A stretch of DNA of 64,000 nt, taken from Sedimentisphaerales bacterium (GTDB lineage Bacteria; Planctomycetota; Phycisphaerae; Sedimentisphaerales; SM23-30). Below the pieces are notes generated by a model. That model did not search any database and was not told the origin of the DNA. It worked only from the letters and a program-made list of their open reading frames with translations. The stretch spans positions 32,001 through 96,000 of the forward strand of contig CAXXFK010000032.1 of NCBI GenBank assembly GCA_963663965.2, written 5' to 3'. A program made the position numbers and the translations under genes. How positions within the stretch are numbered: position 1 is the stretch's first letter; the number at the start of each line of letters is the position of its first letter. This document shows, piece after piece, positions 43,315 through 51,271 of this stretch.

Positions 43315-44680
43315 TCAATCCACTTTGGCTGTTGTATCACCCATCCGGATTTTTTTAAAAAATTCCAGATACCGGGACAGCTGCTTTTCCATACCCCGAT
43401 CGGTCGGGACGATAATAATTCTTCGTAACCTCCGCTGGGATATATTCCTGTCGAACCACACCATTGGAATAACTATGCGGATATTTATAGTCCACCCCCC
43501 GGCCCAGCTTTTTCGCTCCGCTGTAATGCGCATCCTTCAGATGATCCGGAACCGGTACCGTCCGCCCCTTGCGAACATCGCCGCAGGCCTGCCAGATCGC
43601 CTCGGCGCTTCGATTGCTTTTTGGCGCGCAGGCAATATAAATCGCCGCCTGGGCCAACGGCAGCTGCGCCTCCGGCAATCCAATAAACTCGCTGATCTGA
43701 ACGGCAGCCGCCGCCAGCACCGTGGCCATTGGATCGGCATTACCCACATCCTCCGCCGCGCATACCGCGATGCGCCTCGCGATAAAACGGGGATCCTCCC
43801 CTCCTTCAATCAACCGCGCCAGCCAATAGACCGTCGCGTCCGGATCACTGCCCCGCATCGATTTCTGCAATGCGCTGGCCAGATCATAATGATTATCACC
43901 CGACTTGTCCGAAACCAGCGATTTCTGCTGGATCGATTCCACTGCCAAAGCCTTATCGAATCGGATGGTCACCTCTTCGCCCCCATTCGCTCGCATCATG
44001 GCCAGTTGCGAAAATACCCCAATCTCCAAAGCCGTCAACGCCTTGCGGGCATCGCCATCGCTCATGATCGCCAGATAATCCACCGCCTCATCCGTGATCT
44101 CGACCGCCATCTGCCCCAATCCCAACTCACGGTTATTCAAAGCCCGCCGAATAATCAGCTTGATATCCTCCAGAGCCAGCGATTTAAACTCAAAAATCGT
44201 ACTCCGTGACACCAGCGCCGAATTAACCGAAAAAAAGGGATTTTCCGTGGTAGCCCCTATCAATATCACAACGCCATGTTCCACATCATCCAGCAGCACA
44301 TCCTGCTGCGCCTTGTTAAATCGATGGATTTCATCCAGAAACAGAACCGTTCGCTTCTCATCATTCACCAGGCGATAACGGGCATCTTCAATCATCTTAC
44401 GGATCTGGGCCACCCCAACCGTCGCCGCATTCGCCGAAACGAATACTGCCGAACAGTGATTCGCGATCACATGGGCCAGCGTCGTCTTACCCGTACCGGG
44501 CGGACCATAAAATATCAGGCTGCTGAGCCGATCCGCCTTGAGCATACGCCATAACAACATGCCTTCAGCCAGAAAGTGGCCCTGACCCACAAACTCCTCC
44601 AGACTGCGCGGCCGCATTCGTGCCGCCAGCGGTGAGGCATCATTTAATCGCTTCTTTTCAATTTCACGAAATAAATCCAT
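43315..44680 (-). CDS. rarA: Replication-associated recombination protein A (RarA/MgsA), one frameshift near the 3' end
   Basis: PLAARMRP, GPPGTGKTT, LDEIHRFNKAQQD, GATTENP, KSMRGSDPDA, EDVGNADP. Removing one base at 43406-43408 gives YYRPTDRGMEK...KVD*. Confidence 0.92.
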
Positions 44681-45039
44681 GCCTGACATTGTAACCGCAA
44701 GCCCCATCCATTGACAAGAGACACCTCCACAGAAAGCCCTATAACTTACAGCCACTCTTGCCGGAGTGAGTATGATAATCATTAAGAATCCCGAACCTGA
44801 CAACTGCTTATCTTCTTGCAATACAAGGCCTTACAAAGGCAAGCGACTACTCCTCTTTTGTAAAACCAGTTCCTCAGGGTTTAAACCTGAATAGTCATAC
44901 AGTTTATACCGACTATAACGACAGAAACGATTATTTAAAGAACAGACGTTATCTTCAACTCGGATTGCACTGAATCTGAACCAGTCATTCCAGTAAATAT
45001 AATTGATTGTGATCCTTTTCGCCGACCAGGAATCTCATT

Positions 45040-46137
45040 ATGCAGCTACAGGAATACATTGAAAATCTCGCCCGGGATTGCATCCACTACAGCGACAATC
45101 ATCCCTGCCGAAAACATCTCAAAACCGGCGAGACCTGCAAATGCCAGTCGTATGAAAAACGCACCGGCAAAGCGCTGTTCATTCAATTGTCATCGCCCGA
45201 GACCGTCATACGCAGCAATGCCCTGCTCCAGCGCATCAGACAGGAAAACCCCGGCCTGCATATCGTCTATCTGACCAACTGGCCCGACCTGCTGGGCAAC
45301 TCGGTCACCGAAACGATTCGGCCCGATGGCGCCGGATTTGCCCGCGTACAATGCGAATTATACGATCAGGCCTGGAATCTGGATACTCATCGGGAAGCCT
45401 GCACGGTCATGCAGATGATCCAAAGCGAAACCAAAGGCGGAGTCGGCCTGTCAAAATGCCAGACCCAACCGATGGATTCCGCGGCCGGATTTTTCGCCAA
45501 TTCATTAATTCCTGCCCGTGAGCATCATAGCATGCGTACGATTCCCCTGCGTCGTCATATCCAGGATCTCTTTGCCATCTGCCAACTCGAATATAACCGC
45601 GAAATGCCTCGACTCAAACTATCGGCTTCACATATACCCAATCTGATTGATATTGCCAGCCCCATCTGCCTGATACACCTGAATGATCGTTGGCAGTTTA
45701 CAACCAACCAGTGGCAGGCCATACTGAATCGGCTGGAAGGAACCGTCATTCTAACCGGCGATGAAACCAGTGACCTTTACGCGCGTCATATCGCTCACCG
45801 CTGCGATGCCATTTATTCCGGCCCCATCTCCATGAGAAGCTGGATACATTACGCTGCCGTGTCGGACCTGGTGATAGCGCCCGCCGGCTGGCAGGCAGAA
45901 ACCGCCTGGGCCCTCGGTAAACAGGTATTCACCGTCCAGATGTCACCACAGGACCAGCTCTATCAACCGGATGACTTTCCCGGCCGCATGCTGCAAATCG
46001 GCCATCACCAACTGACCATCGAATCGCTCGCGTATGCGATTATCGAAAATCTCATTACCTACTCCTTCGATCCGGACGGCCTGTTGGCGCGCATGAAATA
46101 TCCTGAAAGATCATACAGTACACACACAACTCCCTGA
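45040..46137 (+). CDS. Divergent glycosyltransferase family 9 (heptosyltransferase-like) protein
   Basis: N-terminal DC.HY....PC..H......C.C..Y typical of a GT9 subgroup; ALFIQLS..E.VIRS.ALL..IR...P...I; SDLVI........AWALGK. Confidence 0.55.
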   Translation: MQLQEYIENLARDCIHYSDNHPCRKHLKTGETCKCQSYEKRTGKALFIQLSSPETVIRSNALLQRIRQENPGLHIVYLTNWPDLLGNSVTETIRPDGAGFARVQCELYDQAWNLDTHREACTVMQMIQSETKGGVGLSKCQTQPMDSAAGFFANSLIPAREHHSMRTIPLRRHIQDLFAICQLEYNREMPRLKLSASHIPNLIDIASPICLIHLNDRWQFTTNQWQAILNRLEGTVILTGDETSDLYARHIAHRCDAIYSGPISMRSWIHYAAVSDLVIAPAGWQAETAWALGKQVFTVQMSPQDQLYQPDDFPGRMLQIGHHQLTIESLAYAIIENLITYSFDPDGLLARMKYPERSYSTHTTP

Positions 46138-46266
46138 TTTTCAAAGCTGCCTCTCGGGGTCGCAAGAATTAAATTTCTTTGCGACCCTTTTTTTTACCCC
46201 TCAATATCCCGAATTATCCGATTTGCCATTGATTGCCGGGTCACATCATCTATAATGCCATAGACT

Positions 46267-47043
46267 ATGGCTAATAAATTACTGTTTTTAGGCACCGGAA
46301 CCAGTATGGGCATCCCAATGATCGGATGCGATTGCGCGGTATGCCGCAGCGATGACCCCAGAGACAAGCGGAACCGCTGCTGTGCCTTACTTAAGTTAAA
46401 TGGTAAACAGATCTTAATCGACACCCCCCCGGAACTCAGACTGGCCTGTATCGCCAACCATGTACGCTGGATCGATACCTGCTTGATTACTCACACCCAT
46501 GCCGACCATCTGTTCGGCCTGGACGACCTGAGACGCTTCAATCAAATCCAGCGCTCGACCATCGATCTGTGGGCCTCGCCCTTCCACATGGAAAAAATCG
46601 ATCGGACCTTCCGCTACGCCCGCCATACCGAACGTCCCGAATCGGTCGACTTGCCTCAACTCATTTTCCGTGAAATCCAACCGGACACACAGGAAGCCGA
46701 CTTATACGGCAACTCCCTCCGGGCATTTTCCCTGCCGCACGGTCATCATATATCCATGGGCTTTCGCATCAACGATTTCGCTTACTGCACCGATATGCAC
46801 GAAATGCCTCCATCGGTAATCGACGCCTTAGCCGGCGTAAAAACCATCGTGCTGGGCGCTTTACGGGATGAACCCCATCCCGCCCATCTCACCATCAACC
46901 AGGCGCTGGAAATCGTCGGACAGTTGGGAGTCGAACAAACCTGGCTGGTCCACATGAGCCACCATATCAGTCATGCCCGTGACAGCAAACGACTGCCGCC
47001 CGGCGTACAGTTCGCCTGGGACGGCCTCGAAATAGACATATAA
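46267..47043 (+). CDS. MBL-fold metallo-hydrolase (PhnP/YycJ-like)
   Basis: FLGTGTS.GIP.IGC.C.VC.S.D, THTHADH, AYCTD, HMSH. Confidence 0.88.
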   Translation: MANKLLFLGTGTSMGIPMIGCDCAVCRSDDPRDKRNRCCALLKLNGKQILIDTPPELRLACIANHVRWIDTCLITHTHADHLFGLDDLRRFNQIQRSTIDLWASPFHMEKIDRTFRYARHTERPESVDLPQLIFREIQPDTQEADLYGNSLRAFSLPHGHHISMGFRINDFAYCTDMHEMPPSVIDALAGVKTIVLGALRDEPHPAHLTINQALEIVGQLGVEQTWLVHMSHHISHARDSKRLPPGVQFAWDGLEIDI

Positions 47044-47063
47044 CTATTGGAAAGGGTAAAAGG

Positions 47064-47639
47064 ATGCGTTCATTAACAGTGCTGGTTCTATTCATGGTTA
47101 CTGTACCCGCCTGGGGCGGCCTGCTCATCGTCGGCCAGGATTACCAACTCCCCATTCCCGCACAACTTCACGACCCCGGCCAGATGCCCCCCGCCCGATT
47201 ATGGGTGGACTCTCATGTATCCATAATAGATCTGGATATCAAATTGAACATTGAACATACCGAAGTGGGCGATCTGGTCATCCGCTTAACCAGCCCATCG
47301 GGCACAACCGCCACCCTGAAACAAAGCTGGCTGCCGCTCTGGCGCCAGAACCGACCCAACATGATCGACACCATACTTGATGATGAAGCACCCCTCCCCC
47401 TCAAATCAGGCCAGGCCCCCTATACCGGTCGATTCCGGCCGGAAGTAAATCCCCTCTCACTCTTCGATGGCGAAGATGCCGGCGGCTGGTGGACACTGAA
47501 TATCGATGACCCCATTTACTACGACTATGGCCAACTCAACCGCTGGGAACTGCATATCACCCATGCCCCCGAGCCCTCCATGCTGACACTGGCAATCACC
47601 GGCCTCCTGTACTGCCAGAAAAGGCGGACCCATCCATGA
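47064..47639 (+). CDS. Proprotein-convertase P-domain protein with PEP-CTERM sorting signal
   Basis: Signal peptide; I.H..VGDL.I.L.SPSGT, LS.FDGE...G.WTL.I.D.....G.L..W.L; APEPS-hydrophobic-KRR tail. Confidence 0.85.
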   Translation: MRSLTVLVLFMVTVPAWGGLLIVGQDYQLPIPAQLHDPGQMPPARLWVDSHVSIIDLDIKLNIEHTEVGDLVIRLTSPSGTTATLKQSWLPLWRQNRPNMIDTILDDEAPLPLKSGQAPYTGRFRPEVNPLSLFDGEDAGGWWTLNIDDPIYYDYGQLNRWELHITHAPEPSMLTLAITGLLYCQKRRTHP

Positions 47640-48778
47640 CTACGCCTCCCAACCGGCCGGACCATAAACCCCGGATCATGCAGTTGATCACCGACCTGGA
47701 ACTGGGCGGCGCGCCCATGATGGTTCAGAATTTATCCCTGGGCCTGCACCAGAGAGGCTACGAAGTAGCAGTAACATGCCTGGCCAAGGCCGGTCCCGTT
47801 GCCGACACCCTGCGCCACCACGGCATCATCGCCGCCGGATTTGATGCCTGGAGTGCGATAGACATATCGGTGTTATGGCGTCTGGCGCAATTTATCCGAA
47901 AATACCGCCCGGATATCCTCCACTGCCATCTGATGCACGCCAACGTAGTCGGCCGCCTTGTCGGCCGGCTATGCTACGTCCCCCGCATCATAGCAACCAT
48001 CCACACGGCCGAACGCAAAAAACACTGGCACCTCTGGCTCGAATCCCTGACCCAGCGTCTTTCCAACCGGATCATCTGCGTCTCCCCCTCCGTGCAACGC
48101 CACATGTCAACCTATATCGCTCAAAATCGGCTTAAAACCATCTGTAACGGAATTGACGTGGATAAATACCACGATGCCCAGCCATATAACCCCTGGGAAC
48201 TGGAATTGAACCCGGACCTCCCCATCCTGATCTTCACCGGCCGCCTCGATCCGGTCAAAAATATCGGTAAAATCATTCAGGCAATCAAACTCCTATCCGA
48301 ATCCGGCCACCAGGTCCAGCTGCTGATCGTCGGCGACGGCCCCATGAAATCCGAATTACTGGCCTCCACCCGGCTCCTCCAGCTCACCCGTCATATCCAC
48401 TTCCTGGGCGCCCGCCGCGATATCCCCCGACTCTTGAAGTCTGCCGACATCTTCATCATGGCCAGCCGCTGGGAAGGCATGAGCATATCCGCCCTGGAGG
48501 CCATGGCCGCCGAAACCCCCATCATCGCCTCCAACGTCCCCGGCCTGAATGACATGATCCGCGATCAGCAGAACGGCTTACTGTTCGACCCCGCCTCCCC
48601 CCAGCAGATCGCAACCAAAATCAAAACCCTGCTGGATAATAAACCCCAGGCCCGACAACTGGCCCAAAACGCCTCCCAGACCGTACGGCAACAATACTCC
48701 CTGACCGCCATGATCGACCACTACTGCACCCTCTACCACCAATTATCCCCCCACCCCCCACAACCATCCAGCCCATAA
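47636..48778 (+). CDS. Glycosyltransferase family 4
   Basis: GGA, PDILHCH, NGID, GRL..VKN, S.WEG......EAMAA. ATGA overlap with the upstream gene. Confidence 0.9.
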   Translation: MTTPPNRPDHKPRIMQLITDLELGGAPMMVQNLSLGLHQRGYEVAVTCLAKAGPVADTLRHHGIIAAGFDAWSAIDISVLWRLAQFIRKYRPDILHCHLMHANVVGRLVGRLCYVPRIIATIHTAERKKHWHLWLESLTQRLSNRIICVSPSVQRHMSTYIAQNRLKTICNGIDVDKYHDAQPYNPWELELNPDLPILIFTGRLDPVKNIGKIIQAIKLLSESGHQVQLLIVGDGPMKSELLASTRLLQLTRHIHFLGARRDIPRLLKSADIFIMASRWEGMSISALEAMAAETPIIASNVPGLNDMIRDQQNGLLFDPASPQQIATKIKTLLDNKPQARQLAQNASQTVRQQYSLTAMIDHYCTLYHQLSPHPPQPSSP

Positions 48779-48790
48779 TCCCCCCCTCTC

Positions 48791-48813
48791 GTGGCACGGG
48801 CATCCTGCCCGTG
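48791..48813. repeat. REP-like palindrome, copy 2
   Basis: Identical to 23770-23792. Confidence 0.85.
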
Positions 48814-48892
48814 TATTCCCCCCTTCTCAAGTACCACACACATCCTGCCCATGTATTCCCCCCTTCTCAAGTACCACACACATCCTGCCCGT
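48801..48892 (+). repeat. 40-bp tandem repeat x2.3
   Basis: CATCCTGCCC(G/A)TGTATTCCCCCCTTCTCAAGTACCACACA at 48801 and 48841, partial at 48881. Confidence 0.92.
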
Positions 48893-48931
48893 CTTCTCCC
48901 GCATTGCCCGTAAATCCTCCACTTGCCCCCC

Positions 48932-48957
48932 GTAGAGACGCAACGCTTGCGTCTCTA
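48932..48957. repeat. GTAG-type REP-like palindrome
   Basis: G-TAGAGACGCAA-CGC-TTGCGTCTCTA, 11-bp arms. Confidence 0.8.
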
Positions 48958-49330
48958 TACTTTTTCTCAAATCTCAGATCTGCCCTCTCTTGTATACCTT
49001 CCGCAAATAATCCCATCATCACACAACACCAATCAGGCCCGCATGATCATTACTGAAACCCGAAGGGTTGCCAGTTTCTAGCCGGGGGTGTCAACCCGCC
49101 GGAATAAGTGCCCCCCATCCAATCAAAGGCCTGAAAGGCCGACAGAGGGGGAGTAAGGGAACATTCTGAATTTCAGCATTATTCCGTAGTCGGCCCCTTA
49201 GCCTTTCATAGTTATCTGCCTGTTTCATCTGCGTCCCTCAGTCCCGATGTACATTGGGATCTGCGGTTAGAACGGCTGTTATATTTTTTATCATACCTCA
49301 AATTCCAAAACCGACCCCATTAAAATAATA

Positions 49331-49720
49331 ACTCTAACATCAGTAACGAAACGAGCTTAACGAAAAATAAAAACTCATCCGCCTCAAGGCGGATACAAAT
49401 AATATCTCGGAGAGATCAAAAGCGCATAGCCCCCCAATTCATTGGGGGGAATAGCCAAACCAGCGTTTAAAATTTTTAACCCACGCCTCGCAGAGGCATA
49501 CCGACAGGATTTCGCACCAGAGGCGAAAGATAACGTAGCATGGGCAACCCCCGGTTGCCCATGCCGCAGGTCCGCCGTGGCGGGCTGGTTAAATAAACCA
49601 TGAGCACAGCGAATACCAATACAAAACCAAACAAACCCAATATGAAAAAATATCACCCTAACCTCAACAACGAACTGAACTTAACCAAAATAAAACGAAC
49701 ATCCGCCTTAGGGCGGATAC
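49331..49720. repeat. Pair of 66-bp imperfect direct repeats ending in ATCCGCC-N4-GGCGGAT, enclosing further palindromes
   Basis: 49331-49396 vs 49655-49720. Internal CCCCCCAAT-TC-ATTGGGGGG (49430-49449) and GCATGGGCAACC-CCC-GGTTGCCCATGC (49538-49564, preceded by GTA). Confidence 0.75.
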
Positions 49721-49776
49721 CACAATTTTGCATTTTAAATTCTAAATTTTAAATTTCTAATCAGGAGGTACCAACC

Positions 49777-49995
49777 ATGTCATCTTCCCTACGAAGACTC
49801 AGAGCCAACCGTCGTAACGCCCAAAAATCCACCGGCCTGAAAAAACTCAACTGGCAATGGCATCCCGATATCTGCCAGGCCTCCCGAAAGGACCAGATCG
49901 GCAAACCCGAGACCCGGCCCTACCCGCCCCAACGTCGTGAAACCATCAATGGCGTCACGGTCAGTATTCAGGACACACCTGAAAGAGCCCACTAA
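49777..49995 (+). CDS. Short, probably truncated member of the planctomycete ANRRNAQKSTG(P) hypothetical family
   Basis: AGGAGG SD; MSS...ANRRNAQKSTG followed by sequence lacking the usual PRT.EGK continuation. Confidence 0.5.
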   Translation: MSSSLRRLRANRRNAQKSTGLKKLNWQWHPDICQASRKDQIGKPETRPYPPQRRETINGVTVSIQDTPERAH

Positions 49996-50000
49996 CCTTT

Positions 50001-51068
50001 TTATTCTGGCGCTTTAAAAGTAACCACCGTCAACTCGGCGGTTGTCCAGCTTTTATTGTCCAGTATCTCATGCAGCTCACCCGGCTTCAGCTCCGGAGCA
50101 TTGTTCTTTCGCTCCACAACCACTAACGCCTTGGCTCCCTTGTTGATGGACTTGAAATTGCCGGTGTAATTTCCCGAATTCACCCCGGTCAGCAGCAAAG
50201 GCCGTCGTGTCGCGATCGCGCGCACCAGGAACTCACCGTGCGGGGGCTTGATTGCAATTTGAAAATCATCCAGCGGATCGGGGATCATCATCTTCCCACC
50301 CGCCTTAAGCAGCGACTGGCCTTGATGCAGGCGATTAGGATATAGCTGTGTCATATCCCCCTCGGGATCGAGCGCGATCAGCGTAATATAACAATCGGCT
50401 GTCGCCGTCAGGTTAAATTCGATAAACTCGCCTTCGGCATACACCCGCTTGAATTCAGGCGTCTCCAGCGTCACCTTAAATGGCTGGGTTGGATTAACCG
50501 AATCCATCAGATCGCTGTTCTCCAGGATAACCGGACCGTCAGGCCGCTCGCCCGGTTGGCCCGGCCCCGGCCGCGCCAGTTTCATATTCTCGATCAATTC
50601 CCGCGTCTTCACCGGCCACTGCTCCAGCTGATCCACCGGCGTCCAGCCCCGCCGAACCACCTTGGCCCCCGCGCAATCCAGCAGCCGCATACTCAAATGA
50701 TGCTTCTCACCCACCTTGGCCAGACTGCCCTGCAGCAGATAACGCACCTCGATCGAACGGCCGAACCGGGCCGCCTGCTCCGCGTTCGAATTCAACGCAC
50801 CCGGCTTCAACTGCTGCTTATCCAGCGCCTGCGCCAACTCACGCTCCTGATACAGCGGATACCGGCTGGCATCCACCTGACTCTGTATATACCGGCACAA
50901 CTGCTCACTCATCGGGTTGATCGGCGGATCGATCGCCTTGGACCGCACCGTAAACACCTCAAACGGTATCACCGCCAGCTTCCCTCCCGCCGGCGTATTC
51001 GGATCGGCCAAACCCGCGGCCGCCAGACAGGCAACCAGAACGATAACTATATTATATTTCCGTTTCAT
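50001..51068 (-). CDS. Exported protein: CsgG/TolB_N-like domain plus DUF4384-like domain
   Basis: Signal peptide; LAVIPF...A.RFGR.IEVRYLLQGS....G....LSMRLLD; Y.EGE.I.F...A..DCYITLI.LD.EG....LYPN...IP......I.PP.G...V.AIAT..PL. Confidence 0.75.
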   Translation of the reverse strand: MKRKYNIVIVLVACLAAAGLADPNTPAGGKLAVIPFEVFTVRSKAIDPPINPMSEQLCRYIQSQVDASRYPLYQERELAQALDKQQLKPGALNSNAEQAARFGRSIEVRYLLQGSLAKVGEKHHLSMRLLDCAGAKVVRRGWTPVDQLEQWPVKTRELIENMKLARPGPGQPGERPDGPVILENSDLMDSVNPTQPFKVTLETPEFKRVYAEGEFIEFNLTATADCYITLIALDPEGDMTQLYPNRLHQGQSLLKAGGKMMIPDPLDDFQIAIKPPHGEFLVRAIATRRPLLLTGVNSGNYTGNFKSINKGAKALVVVERKNNAPELKPGELHEILDNKSWTTAELTVVTFKAPE

Positions 51069-51271
51069 TATCAGAACCTTCTATTGAAATTGTAATTGTT
51101 AAACACAACGTTCTCACGTCAAGAAATCACCAGCGTTTCTCTTCTTTGATATCACGCTTCCCCAAAGTACTATCCAATTTCCTTCAATCCCCCATCGCAT
51201 CAATAAACCCTAAAGGACGATAAACCACCTTAAGTGAGTCTGCCAAGCTCTAGCCAGCACAAGAGCCTGTA

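Noticed and set aside
38328..43410. True pseudogenes or programmed frameshifting in nrnA, rnhA, rarA, the aminotransferase and the prepilin gene
   Set aside because: Multiple scattered homopolymer +1 events with otherwise intact motifs fit sequencing error better.
44681..44821. Extended N-terminus of RarA given by the ORF track
   Set aside because: Family similarity starts at MDLF, and a promoter-like sequence lies directly before that ATG.
48801..48892. CRISPR array
   Set aside because: Head-to-tail tandem units with no unique spacers, and no cas genes.
49331..49720. AAC-rich repeat pair as a DGR TR/VR pair
   Set aside because: Mismatches are not adenine-specific, and neither copy matches the end of a coding sequence.
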